A stretch of DNA of 64,000 bases. It comes from Camelus dromedarius. Its lineage: Eukaryota. The DNA lies in the NCBI RefSeq assembly GCF_036321535.1, contig NC_087436.1, forward strand, positions 82,462,001 to 82,526,000, given 5' to 3'. Position 1 is the stretch's first letter; every line of letters starts with the position of its first letter. Under the pieces are notes generated by a model that saw only the letters and a program-made list of their open reading frames with translations, had not been told where the DNA came from and searched no databases. This document shows positions 25,101 through 38,506 of this stretch, in pieces. The translations under genes were made by a program, and so were the position numbers.

Positions 25101-27251
25101 CAAACAAACAAACAAATAAACAAACAAAAAAGGAAGCTAATTCTCATTTATTGTACTGCCCATGAATCTATTGACACTATTAGCGAAAATTTTTTTTATC
25201 CAAATGTTTTATTTCTTTCCTTTTGGATAATGTACTAGGCTATTTCAAACCAACATGACTGATATTTTTGGGCATATTCTCTGTGTTAGGCCCGTAATTC
25301 TTTGTCTAAAGACTTCCTTCTTCATTTCTAACTCCTTCATGGAATCCTCTTTTGCTTCCATTTTAGTTCAATTCAGCAAACATTTATTGAGATTCTGTGC
25401 CACTAGCTGTGCAAAGCGGCAAATGTAGAAACATTAATATTTGGAAGAAGCAAACAATGCAATGGGTGAAACACACATGCAAAATGTTGAATGCTGAACA
25501 CTGTGAAAATTATTATGACAGATAAAGACTAGGGTCAATGGAGGCTCAAAGAAAGGAATAGTCATCGCTCCCTATGCAGGTTGGTGAATGCTTCACAGGC
25601 AAACTGAAGTAGGAGTTCACAACACTAATATATAGGAAGAGAAGGGACAGCATTCACAGCTGATGGCACAGGGTACACAAGTACAAGATGGTATGACATG
25701 GAATACTCTGAGAACTGTGTAAGATTCTAAGGGGAAGAAATGGGAGATGAGACTGAAGAGGTAGATTGAGGCCAAGTCTTGCAGTACTTTCTATGCTATA
25801 GACTAGAATATGATATTACCCAAGTAGAGATGAGGACTATTGATACATTTTAAATAGTAGGATAACATGGTTGAATCCTTCATCCATTCCTGTAGCACAT
25901 TATTACACACCTCCCCTTCTGGCAATGATTACGATAGGTCCCAGTTTAGAGGGGCAGTGTGACATGACAACAGAAGTTAAGAGCACTGATTTTGGAGCCA
26001 AATTTCCAAAATTTGAATCTTGGCTCCATTGTTCCTAGTTTTGTGACCTTGGACAAGTTTCTCAACCTCTCTGTACCTTATTTCCTTCAACTATAAAGTA
26101 CTGATAAGAATAAAATTTAACTTTTAGAATTGCTGTGAGGAGAGATCTATTAATATACACAGAACACTTATGAGTCTTCTATCATTATTATTGTTATAAT
26201 TTTGAATAAAGCCATTTACTATCTGTCCTTGTGAATCTCTACACCCTAGTGAGGAAGGTAGAAAATGAAGTAATAAGCCATATGAATATATAATTATAAA
26301 CTTATAAAAATTCTATGAAAGCATCAAAGGGGTGCTTTGACAGAGAATAATAGAAATATGGGAGGGATACCTCCTTTATTTAGGGTGCCCAGAGGATGTG
26401 ATATTGAATATGAAGTCTGAAGAATGTGTCAAGCACTGTCTTCTCTAGACATTTTACCTAAGCCCATAACTTCATTTTCTAGCTTTCTGTGAGTGTGCTA
26501 GCCCTTTTAGGTTGCTATACTAGAATACCATAGACTGGGTAGCTTATAAACAATAGAAATTTATTTTTCACAATTCTGGAGGCTGGTAAGTCTAAGACCA
26601 AGACATCAGCAGACTCTGTGTTGGAAGAGGTCTTGCTTGCTGGATTATAAATGGCCTTGTTCTTTTGTATCCTCACATGGCAGAAGGGGTAAGGGAGCGC
26701 TCTAGGACCTCTTTTACAAGGATGCCATTCATGAGGGCTCCCCTCTCAGGACTTAATCACCTCCTCTCTATATACCATCACCTTGAGGGTTAGGATTTCA
26801 ACATATGAATTTTCAGAAGACATATTCAGCCTATAGCATTCCACTTCTGGCCCTTGAAAATTCATGTCCTTCTCACATGCAAAACACCTTCATCACATCC
26901 CAAGAGCCCTAAAAGTCTTAACTCATTTCAGCATGAACTCTAAAGTCTAAAATCCAAAGACTCATTTATATATCATCTAAATCAGATATGGGTGAGACTC
27001 AAGGTATGATTCAGCCTGAGGAAAATTGCTCTCCAGCTGTGAGCCTGTGAAGCTAATATGCTATGAACTTCTAGAATACAATGGTGGGACAAGCATAGGA
27101 TAGACATTCCCATTCCAAAAGGGAGAAATAGAAAAGAAGAAAGAACAGGTCCCAGGTAAGTCCAAAACCTAATGAATCAAACATTAAAACATTAAGCCCT
27201 AAGGTTCAAGAATAGTCTTTGGCTGGATGCTCTGTCTTCCAAGCCCACTGG

Positions 27252-27743
27252 TGTGGGGTCCACAGGCAGCTGGCAGGTTCCTACTCCAAGCCCCCTCAAC
27301 TCCAAGGTCCCTCAGGTGTCTGGCTGCTGCCCTTTAAAAGTAACAATAAACATTCATTTGCTAGTACATTCCTGCCATAGCTGAACTAACTATCCAGATA
27401 ATGATCACCTATACAACACCCAGAAGCGTGACCACCAGAACCAGCCACAGCCCCATACCAGAGTCATGCAGTCTTACCCTTTTACAACCCCGTCCCTTCC
27501 TTATCAACCCATTAGACACTTGTGCACGAACTGATCACACATCCTGTGACCCCTTGGTACCTGATGTAACCCTCCCTTATAAAGACCTCAGCAACTGACA
27601 CTTGAAGCACACACAGGCACCTCTTGTCTGTGTGGCCCACTTGTCTATGACAGTATACCTAATATACTCCTTTTCTATTTTCATCCTTTGTGTTTGGTAA
27701 GTTCTTTTACTACCCATGTATTGGCCTGCTGAATCCCATGACA
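27252..27743 (+). mobile_element. Solo LTR nested in the MaLR internal region
   Basis: TG...CA termini; 5-bp TSD ACTGG at 27247 and 27744; 3' half similar to 9476-9914. Confidence 0.82.
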
Positions 27744-28458
27744 ACTGGGGCTGCAGTCTTGCCTGTACCTCATTCCAAGTTGAGCTCAGGGGCAGGTGGC
27801 TCTGCAGGCCTGCAGTCAACGGAGCACCCTACCTGGGCTCCACTGACATTGCCCTAATGGGGATTACCTGTGGTGGCCCTGTCCTTTGAAATCTAGGTGT
27901 AGGCGGTCATTCTCCGGGGCCTTTATATTCTGTGTGCAGATAGAGACAGTGCTGCCCTGATGCTGCCAAAGATACTTGTGCTCTTTGGAGGGGCAGCCAC
28001 CCTGTCCTGCACAGCAGGGAGGTCAACTGGAGCCATATCTGGAGTGGCCAAGGTACGTGGAATCAAAGTACAGGGAATGGAACCTGAAGTGCAAGGCAGT
28101 GCTGGGCAAGGCACTCCCAGTGTCTGTAGGTGCAAGAGGCCCCTCTTCTGGAACTTCTCTGCCTCCAGAGCCTTTGTGCTCTGGGCCTCTGAGGGTTGGG
28201 GCAGCCCTAATTATCTCTGAGTTGCCCTCAAGGTCATTCTTCTGTTGTCTTGGAGAATAGCTGCTAGTGAGATGGCTGATCCAAACTGATCTTCTTAGCA
28301 AACAATCTCTCAGGCATACACTTAGGGTTCTTTCCTAACCTTGCTTTCTCATTTTTTAAAATATAGATAGGCTGAGAATTTTCCAAATCTTAATGTTTTG
28401 CTTCCTTTTTGATAAGCAATTCCACATGTAAATCATTTCTCTCTTTTTCCATTTTACT

Positions 28459-29524
28459 TGTTGATGAAAATAATCAAGAAATAAGTTGTAATGTAATAAG
28501 CTATAATAGAAAACTGAGCCAAATTGATAACTGTAGCCTTGAGGACAGCCTTTCAGACAACTATGAGGAACTGCTTCAAAGAAGCATGTTTTACAGCACA
28601 GTTTTATATTTTTTCAGAACAAAGAAAATCAAACGAGTCGGGAATACATTCTTCCAAGGTTTCAAAAAAACACATCAGCATGTATACAGTGAGTCAGTAT
28701 GGCCTTTGCACCTGGGAAGGAAGTATTATTATTGAAGAAGTACCAGCATTGGTGAAACTGAGCAGGACCCTGTGGGGCCCTCCTGGGTACAAAAGTCTGT
28801 GTTGTCCATTTCTAATTTGGAGGAAAAAGGCTTCAGCCTCTTAGACCTCTCCAGAGTTCCATTCAAACAGTTGCTAATCAGGAAAGTAAGAAAATGCAGA
28901 AACAAATGAGGAGCAGTCAAGAAACAATAGTGCAGCAATGGGGCAGGGTCCTGGTTCCTCCTCAAGGGATTTACATAACAATCTGATGCCTATCTCTGAG
29001 TTCTTCTACTGGAACTAAGGCCCCCACCCAGGTGGAGGATGGCAACTTCAGGCTGAGCACAAGATTCCTGGAACACCAACCTGTTACCTTACCACCAACG
29101 AATCAGAAGAAAGTCACACACCCTGCAGCCCTCACCCCAGACTTTGCCTATAAAAACTTTCCCCCCAAAACCATTGGGGAGTTGGATTTTTTGAGCATGA
29201 GCCATCTTGCTTGGCCCTGCAATAAACCTTTCTCTGCTCCAAACTGACGTTTTGGTTCATTTGGCCTCATTTGTGCAGCAGGCACACTAGCTTGCTTTTG
29301 GCAACATTGGCATCCCAGGAAGGGAGGCATTAATCTTTATTTTTAACATGGATATTCTTTATTTCTGGTCAATATGTTCTTTTCTTTAATAATTAAAGCA
29401 GATGTACAGTGTATATTCGATAGGCCATAAACAGGCTATTTTAGTTAGCATAAAATTCAGGTTAACTTACGTGTAAGCCAGAATGACTTCCCTATATCTC
29501 ATTATGTGAAAACTTTTCTCATTG
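28459..29524 (-). mobile_element. ERV1 solo LTR nested in the MaLR, itself interrupted
   Basis: 4-bp TSD TACT at 28455 and 29525; its R/U5 resembles that of 16329-16830 and 54182-54683. Confidence 0.75.
28753..29306 (+). mobile_element. ERV1 solo LTR, third nesting level
   Basis: TGAAACTGAG...GGCAACA termini; 4-bp TSD TTGG at 28749 and 29307; TATAAAA (~29149) and AATAAA (29221). Confidence 0.85.
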
Positions 29525-31996
29525 TACTAAAGTGGTCACGAAGAACCAAGTTGTTCCTTCAACACTTTGCTTAGAAATAGCTTCAGCTAAATATCCAATT
29601 TCTTTGCTTGCAAATTCTACTTTTCACGAAACATTAGAACATGAACACAATTCAGCCAAGCTCTTTGCTACTTTATAACAAGAACTGTCTTTCCTCCTGT
29701 TTCCAAGAATATGTTCTTTATTTCCATGTGAGCTCTCATCAGAATGGCCTTTAGCATCCATACTTCTACCAACATCTGGTCAGGATTACTTGGGTATTCT
29801 TAAGAATATTGAAGCTTTCTCTATAGTGTTCCTCTTTACTTTCTGGACCCTTACCAGAATTACATTTAATGATTCATTCATGGTAATATAGGCTTTTTAT
29901 AGCATGCACCTCAAAATCCTTTCAGCTTCTACTCAGCTCCAAAGCCATTTCCCACATTTTTGGGTATGTGTTATAGCAGTATCTCACTCCCAGAACCAAT
30001 TCTCTGTCTTAGTTCATTAAGGCTGCTATAACAAAAATACCATAGACTAGGTGTCTATTGTTATAGACATTTATTTCTCACAGTTTTGGAAGCTGGGAAG
30101 TCCAAGATTAAGGAGCCAACAGATGCAGTATCTGGTGAAAGTCCACTTCCTGGTTCATAGACAGCCATATTTTTGCTGTGTCCTTACAGAGCAGAAGGAT
30201 CTCTCTGGGGTCTCTTTTATAAGGGCACTAATCCCATTCATGAGGGCTCTGGTCTCAAGATCTAATCAGCTCCCAAAGGCCCCACCTCCAAATACCATCA
30301 CACTGGGAATTGGGTTTCAACATAAGAATTTGGGGAGCACACATTTAGTCTATAGCAGAGTGACTCATAGATGTACTGCTCTGGCCTTGCTCTATCTACT
30401 AACCTTTATACCTTTTATCCAATTTCCTGTTATACATTTATACCTTAAGTTCTCTCACAATCACATGCTCAGTATATCTAAAACTCTTTATCTTCTTCTT
30501 AAAGGCTGCAAAGAAAATATCACTGACAACTTATTTTTCTTTCATATTTTTGCATAAACTCTAAAATGCATGATATGCCAAATAAAGCCACAATAATATA
30601 TAAACTAGAAAAGAAAATGGAAAGACAAAGTCATCAGGCTTAAAAAACTACTACTAGTTTATCAAAAGGTTAATTTCATTATATAGAAATATAATAAACT
30701 TACTTCTGTTCCTGAATTTAAGAGGCCTCAGGTAAGAGAAAGTGGAGAAATGGAAGCAGCTTGATGTAGTGTAGTGTCTTTAAAGTACTTCATATCAGGA
30801 TCCACAGAAAGAAATACATTTTACACTGCAAGCTAATACATATCTGTAAGTGCAAAGGCCCTGAAGTGGGATGTGCCTGGCATGTTTGAGTGAAATACAT
30901 ACAGTGTTTAAAGGCAGACTGATCTGTGTTTTCTGACCCTGCACTTATTGACCATTATGCCTAGGACGAATAACTGGATATTTGTTTCTAAGCTTTTTTT
31001 TTTTAGCTTGGGGTTATTTTGACTTAAAAAATAATTTGTTAACTTTATGCTTTCCTTTAATGTTATTTTGAAATAACTGAACGAAAAATTCTAATTTATT
31101 AATGTTTAAATATATCTTTGATAATTAATAAATAATTAATATTATTAATATTAATGTTTAATATGTCCCCCCCCCAAATTACACATTGTTGTAAAGATCC
31201 TGGCCATCCCTCCTTAGCAAGGCCTCTGTTTCGCCCTCTGGTCCATTTTAACCCTCAATCGAGAATCACGTATCCAAGCCACAGGGTCTCAGAAGTTTCC
31301 TTATTTGTGGTATGCTCAAATAACAAAATAACTCTAATGTATACAGTGTGTCTCCTTCCGGGGAAACTGTTTAAAAGAAGCATATACTTTCTGGTAGGTT
31401 TGTTTAAAACTCATCTCCTTATTTTCTAATCACACCTAAAGCTGAGGGATCATGTCTTTCTTTTAGTCTTCAGCTTTTTCATTGTAATTTTTTTTATAGT
31501 GTAAATTATTAAAGAATGACATTAAAATGTATTTCTTAGTAATGGGGCAATGAATAACATTTTAGCAATATCTTGAAAGATAACCAAAATTACCTAAATT
31601 CTTTAAAAATATAATACATTTACATGTACCTAGAATAGTAAACCTAATTCAGTGCCTGTGTTTTAAAGGTGATAAGACTGCATTGATTGACTCAAAGAAA
31701 AGAGGGTCAAATAGGTACAAAAGTTAATCATTACTAAGTATAATTCAGCCACAGTAGTGGAAAGTTTTAGAAAACTATCATCTATAAATCCAATGACCAG
31801 TAAGAAAACATTCTATAATGAAATCATCAAAGTATGTGCTCTGGGGAAAGTATAAGAATGGAATTATAAAGATGTTAAATCGGTTATACGTTAAACTAGT
31901 AGGTCTAGGTCTGTGAAGCTTTTTCCTGCCTCATAAGTGAGACTAGAATTTGAACCTGATCTTATCTAAGAAATTCAGTACATGTAATGTTCAAAC

Positions 31997-32466
31997 TGTT
32001 GTCGGAAAACAGGTTCCTGTCTTATGCAGGAAAGAATACAAAAGTGAGTCATGGTAAAATGAAAGTAGATTTACTCAGGGAGATACAGAATGCAAACGGT
32101 CTCAGAAGGCAAGAGAGCTGGTGCCAGAACATGGGGTGGTTAGTTTTTATGGGCTGTATAATTTCATATGTTAATGAGTAGGAGGATTATTTCAACTGTT
32201 TTGGGGGAGAAGGGGATTTCCAGGAATTGGGCCCCCACCCACTTTTTGGCCTATTTTGGTTAGCTTGGGAACTGTCATGGAACCTGTGGGTTTATCATTT
32301 AGCATGCTGATGTATTACAATGAGCCTATAATGAAGCTCAAGTTACCCTGGAAGTTGAATCTTCTGCCATCTTGGGCCAAGTTGGTTCTTACCAGTTTAT
32401 GTCCTATCCTCAATTGCTATGTCATTCTTTTAAAGGTTGTGCCATGCCGCCTTTCCTCCTGTCTCA
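31997..32466 (-). mobile_element. ERV1 solo LTR, MER41-like
   Basis: Minus strand TGAGACAGG...ACAACA; 4-bp TSD AAAC at 31993 and 32467; U3 organisation resembles MER41. Confidence 0.75.
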
Positions 32467-34088
32467 AAACTATTCAATTTTTAATCTGGGATTTGAAAGA
32501 GATTGATGTTTACACACTGCACTGGAACTTAGCACTGTTTCCATGTAATTTGTTTACTGTTTTCTATTATTCAGTAACTCAAGTAAACCTTGTACTAAGA
32601 AAAAGAGATTCAGAATCTTTTGTATAATCTCCACCTTTGTTTTACTATAACTTATTTTCCTCTTCAGGCTACTGTGGGTATTTATTATAACTTGATTCAT
32701 TTCACATAAAAATACTCACCTGTGCAGAGATGAGGGACTAAATAGAAGAATGTGCAGGGTTATTTGTCCTTGACTTGTAACCCTAGAAATTAGAGGGAAT
32801 TTGCTTAATTCAGGTCCTCTTTCCCCCAATTGAGTTTACTTCCTCATAAGCAAAAGCACTCAACACTATTCCATTTTTGTCACCTTTATTGTCTGTAGCG
32901 TTCCAAGCCACAAATTGGTTTATTCCCTTGATTTTACGTGGAACTTTACAAAGCTGCCAGAACCCATTGTCTTATGATTTTTCCTGTGTGAATTAAAAGT
33001 CTATTTACTGTGCCATAAATCTACCTGCTGGTGATGACGTTTGAGAATTCATTGCTCTTTCATAAACCTTGACACTAAATTCTCTGAGAACTGTCAAATC
33101 TACCACAATTGTACAATGGTAAAAGTAGTTATACATCAGAGACCAAAGTGCAGAGAAGAGGCTAGAATATGGCTGAAAAATGATAGGCAGATCTTTCACT
33201 CAATTCTCCTTACCTTCCTTTCTCAGGGTTGTATTTATGGCCTTGATATCCCCAGTAACTACAACGCATCCCAACCTTAGCTTGTAGCTTCCCACATTCT
33301 TACTGCCATCCCTCTCCTGCTAACTGACCCACTTGAATGCTCTTACTACAGCAACTACTTGACTGGCGTCCTTCAATCAGCTGACTCTTCCCCTTTCAAT
33401 CACTGATTACCCAACTCAGTTCCTCCCTCCTCTCCTTACTCAGCTTAGATTCCATGACCCTTCATTGTAATCATCCTCCTGAGTCTCATGCCCTCCGTTG
33501 GACTCACCTGATGAAGATTTAACCCCTTGTTAAGACATTTTCTTCTTTTCTGTGCTTCCACCAAGAAGCCGAGCATTCCTGAAAACAAATAAACAAACTC
33601 AACTGTGCAGACTGAATTTGAGGACACAAACTTCAGATGGGTATTAAATACTGAGATGAAATTTCCTATGATGTTTCCTTTCCCACTCTCTGAAAGAGGC
33701 TGTGTCACATGTCCTCTCTCTTCAAACTGCTTTTACTCCCTTTCCTATCCTCACTGTCAACTGATAAAGTTGTCTCAGTTGACAAAAATAGTAGCAATCC
33801 CAAGAAATGTCCTCATCGTCCAACTACCAAATCAATCAACTCTCTGCACTTGATACCAGGTTCACTGCTTCTTCTTCTGTTTCTATGAGTGAAATGTTCC
33901 TGCTCCTACTTCCCCACTGGGCACTGGATCCCATCCCCTACTGCTCTTCCTGCACTTCCAGCATTTGGAAGAACTTCACTTTTGCAATTATTCCCTCTTC
34001 AAGGCAAATAGTTCTCTGTTCTGGAAGGCAAGTCCTCCAGAGCCCTAGGGCTCATCTCTGTAACATTCTTATTGAATCATTTTCTACC

Positions 34089-34550
34089 TGTTGGAGAGGA
34101 AAAACCTTTTTTCTACTCTCTTATGTTTAGTGAATGGGGTTCTGCAAATAAACAGACAAATATGAGACTGGCAAGAGAAAAGAAATGTTTATTCATGTAT
34201 GCATAAGAGTTCACAGAAAAATGTGACTCAAGGAGGTGATTAGAATTGGGGGCTGGTATACTATTTTAATAGGCAAAGGGGAGGGAGAGAAGGGCATTTT
34301 TGGGAAAACAAATGACTTTTAGGAAAGATTAATTGGCCCTTAAGAGAATAGATAGGAGATGTGATAGTTGTAAGCTCTATGACAATCTTTCCAGGTTGGA
34401 AAACTCCAAACACTCCTGTGGAGAGGATTTATGATAACTGAGTTTTGGGGAGGTTCTTGATTCCAAGTAGATAAGGGAGTTTAAAAGCCCATATTGTCAA
34501 GCGCCTTCAGATTAAAAAAAATTTTATGCTACAGTGGCATATTCAGCACT
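34089..34550 (-). mobile_element. ERV1 LTR (MER34/39-like)
   Basis: Antisense sequence resembling 18618-19139 and 36795-37317; ends approximate. Confidence 0.6.
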
Positions 34551-35039
34551 GTGCTGAATCATTCTCATTGGCATACAAACACACTCTATCTCCTATCTTA
34601 ATAACAAATGCTGCCTCATCATATCCCTCTTCACCTACTACTCTATTTCTCAACTCTTCTTTACAGTAGCCAGAGTGATATTTTAAAAATGAAGATCAAA
34701 TCCTGTCATCTCCTGATTAATTCACTGGAGGCTTCACATTGCACTTAGAATACAATCTCAACTCCTTGCTCTATTCAGGAAACTTCTGCATGATGTGGTC
34801 TCTGCTCACTTCCTTGCTCACATTTATATCCCTCTCTCATCGACACAACTATGTCTTCCAGAGAAACTAAACACAGAATCCAATTTCTTTGAGAATAATA
34901 TGAACAGTGGACATAAATTATATCTCTTTGGGACAAACATATAAGAAGAGACAAAGAACAAACTAAAGATTTACTAATCCTGCAGAATTTGGAAAATCAT
35001 TTTAAAGTTGTGCCTTGAGTATATTAAATGCTATTTTAA

Positions 35040-35400
35040 TGGTATGAGTAGGGTTAACACATCCACCTTGGGTCACCTAGTCACTGGATTGTCCATGGTC
35101 AGGTACTTGGTATTTACAAGGGCCAAGTGACATGCCAGGAGCTGATTTTCAAACAACAAGGAGCTCTTTGTCATGGAAGGCACAGCCCTGCTCCAGAGCC
35201 CTTCGGGTTTTGCTCTGTGAAGTCATACACAGCTTCTTTATCCACCACGGCTAAATCCTGCCCAGGGGATCTGCAGGGACATATGGACCAAGAAGCAGGA
35301 AAGCTTGCAGCACAGCCTGGACCTGACGTAGAGTACTTGTTATTCTGACGACTCTCAAAACTGGCAACATTCTGAGGTCACCAATAAATGTGTCAAAAGG
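35040..35400 (-). pseudogene. ERVL (class III) pol RT-connection/RNase H remnant
   Basis: Minus-strand TLRQVQAVLQAFLLLGPYVPADPL, PEGLWSRAVPS and FENQLLACHLALVNTKYLTMDNPVT match ERVL motifs ALQQVQAAVQAALPLGPYDPADP, PLGFWSKAMPS and FEKQLLACYWALVETERLTMGHQVT. Confidence 0.78.
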
Positions 35401-36794
35401 GTGTTCTCAACTGTTGTACTTATGTATATGTCACCTGCAAAGCTCAAAGAGGCCAGGATGAACTGTCTCTCTTTCTTAGTGGTAGAGGGTACAAAGTATA
35501 ACCTTTACCTAGAATTTTATCACCACCTAGATTTGACAATTGGTGTTTACTGTGTCACATCCTTTAAGCCATTTGTTCATTTATCTTTACATTTCAAAAA
35601 TCTGCAGACATAAGACCAATACATACTTATGCTCAGTATTTAATGGTAAAATTTAAAGGTGTTGCAAGCACAATAAGACAAAAAAAAATTATATACCCAT
35701 GAATTACTTGAAGGCGTATTCCTCAGAGTGACTAGTAGTGATTTGTCTATTTCCCCCAAAAGGCCAGCATATGTAAACAGGAGGGTGCTTGTGAATTCCA
35801 TGTCCCCTAACAAAATCTCCTGGAGTGAGAAGGGAGGGGGACAAATGGCCAGGTTCCTGGGCCTAATGAATGAATCCTAGTCCCTGCTTCAGCCTACCTT
35901 TAATCAGGACAAGAAAAACTTGCTGGCATGAATGGAGAATCTTACCTGGCATTTCTTCTAGAGGGAAGGATGCTGGGGCCCTTATCCAGATTGGTAGAAA
36001 ACATCCATATGGGACTGATTTGGGCTCAGGGGAAGAATGTGGCCTAGAGTTTCCCCATCCTGCCTTAGGAACACTGCCATGTTCTTTATATATTCCTAGT
36101 TCTTAAACTCAATGTCTGGAGTTTGATTTTTCCATTTTCTAGTATGGCACTTTTAACTTATTCCCTCTTTGGACATTAATGCTCTGCTTTGGCCATTAAA
36201 TTTCCTGGCAATCTTAACCACAAAGCTACAAAGGGAATTCCAGCTTTCTGACATGCTTTAAATGCTCTGCACATAATCTCAATGACTATTCCAGTTGTTG
36301 GGGATCACGGGACTACCAAAGATTTGACTAATATGAAATGTGTGTTGAGACTGGTAAGAAACTTGATCATTAAAGAGATTTACATTTGAAAAGTACACAA
36401 AGATTCTGAAAGGTTGGTGGGGCCGGGGTTTCTCTTCAACAGAGAAAATCAAGCTTCTTTTAATTTATAACTTGCTCTTTTAATTAGTATTTGCCCAGTG
36501 ATACAGGTCAAGTGTCTGAATCAAAGGGATAGCAGTTTGCAAATTCCTTTAGCAAGCTATAGGTAAATATGGAATAGTCAGCTATATTCAAATCACTTTT
36601 CTGCACCAGAAGGAACATCCTTCAGGAATGCTACTGTATTTAGGACTGCGGCTTTCTTATGTGCATACCCATGACTGCTTAAGGGCCCACTCTAAGCAGT
36701 TGTGCCATTTTACATTCATACCAGTATTTTGTGTTGACCTTTTCTTCTCTATCCCTGTTACCTTTAGGTGAAAGTGATCTGTCTTTTTTGATAA

Positions 36795-37317
36795 TGTTGG
36801 GATCCAGGGCTGGCTATCCCAAAATGTACATCAATGGCATACTGATTATTTTGAATTAAAGTTACTTAAGAAGCAATCAATGCAAGAAGAACACTGACCC
36901 TTCTTTTTGTCTCCATGAAAGCAGGAAATAAATCTCTCATATGAAAGTTGTACTTGCCATATCTTGAGGTAGAAGGCCACTCTTATCACCAGAGATAGGG
37001 AACCCGGGCTGAGAAGCTATAAAAAAAAACCTTGTTACTTCTTTAATTCGCTACCCCAAGCCCAAACTCCTTTTGGATTCTTCACTAATAAGGCACCCAG
37101 AACCTAAGTTTCTTTCTCCTGTCAATTACTCACAAATTTGTTTCTTTGTCTAAAAAATATAAAAGCTGTTTGCTTTGGCCACTTCTTAGGCTCATTTCTG
37201 TGCAAACTTCATGCACATGAATTAAAATTTGTTTCTTTTTCTCCTTCTTTAATCTGTCTTGTGTCTAGCCACAAGAGCTCAAGAAAGGTAGAGAGGGAAA
37301 TTTCCCCCTCTCTGATA
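36795..37317 (+). mobile_element. ERV1 solo LTR (MER34/39-like)
   Basis: TGTTGGGATCC start; 4-bp TSD ATAA at 36791 and 37318. Confidence 0.75.
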
Positions 37318-38436
37318 ATAAATTAATGTTAACCCTTAAAAACAAACAAATAAGATACTGCCTTCAATATAGAAGACACCCTACTCAAACAATTATGAAA
37401 TGGAAAGCACATATCCTCTAATAGGAGAAATGAAAGGTGGAACGATGGGGATGAGAGTTCACACTTAATGGAGGTATGTTCTTATACTGCTCATCGCAGC
37501 ACTGCTGCTGTATGCAGTAGCCTTGATTTGATGGAAACCTTTGTTCCTAGGTTTTTTCTCTAGCTATAACTATTGATGAAAGCTTATTTATGGAACCTTA
37601 TGGAACTCCTAAAAAGGACAAAATTACTAACTTAAAATGTGGAAACAAAATGCTTGTTTTTCAACTAGCTGTTAAATAAGCTAACTTTGTCTATTCCATG
37701 TAGCAACTCTAACAGAATATCTACAAAAACTGGAAAATACTTATTTTCAACTGCAAAAGACCATTCTTTGAAATCTCTTTGGTGTAACACATAGTAACAT
37801 TTGCAAAGATTGTCCTTGAACTACTTTCTTATTTAATTAAATAACCCCAAGAGTCAACAAGTTCTCCTTATTAATAAAAGTTCTGTTAGAGGATGGTTTG
37901 TTGGGCTTTTTGAACATCTTTGATCATGTCCAGTCCCATCCTGGAACACTGATTGCACTGAGAACATGCCTGGCTCTTTGTACAATAGACTACATTTGAT
38001 TATTGGTTCCTGCCTTGCTGATGCAAGCTATACCACAGATTTATTTATTGTTCAGCTACAGATGAACTGAAACCCATGAGGACATTTTTTTCCATGGACT
38101 ATTGCATACTGTGTTGCTCAGGAAGATTCTAGGGGGACCTGTGAAGGGGTCCCACTGTAGTAGTTCTGTATCTCTCTGAATAGCACTGTAACTACACTAG
38201 TAGATTCCCTAAGGAAGGGAGAGGAGAGGAGAAAGAGATCTTGATTTACTGATCACTTACATGTACCAGACACCCTGCCAGTAGGACATACTGCCAGCAG
38301 GACTGCATACGGTTTTTTCTTTGTCTTCATTTTTTGATTGACTCCTATTCTTCCCTCAGATCTCATTTCAAGTGTTACTTCTTAAAAGTGGAGCTTTCCC
38401 AGACTTGACCAAATCTACCTGTCAAATTCTCAGGGT

Positions 38437-38506
38437 GGGGGGTTTAGCTCAGTGGTAGAACATGTACTTGGCATGCATAACGTCCTAGATTCAAACCCCA
38501 GCACCT
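38437..38506 (+). mobile_element. Tailless tRNA-Ala-like retrocopy / truncated SINE
   Basis: GGGGGTTTAGCTCAGTGGTAGAACATGTACTTGGCATGCATAACGTCCTAGATTCAAACCCCAGCACCT; degraded stems; no SINE tail or A-tail. Confidence 0.7.

Larger units (their letters stand above)
26496..30357 (-). mobile_element. Full-length MaLR (MLT1A-like): LTR-internal-LTR with nested insertions
   Basis: LTRs at 26496-26838 and 30005-30357 (both ending ...ctatagca on plus); MLT/MST-type internal sequence; 5-bp TSD GAGTG at 26491-26495 and 30358-30362. Confidence 0.85.

Noticed and set aside
30051..30557. 168-aa ORF
   Set aside because: GTG start within an antisense MaLR LTR running into flank; typical repeat-derived ORF.
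37400..37575. Membrane-protein pseudogene (WRYVLILLIAALLLYAVALI)
   Set aside because: Short hydrophobic run between stop codons with no recognisable continuation.
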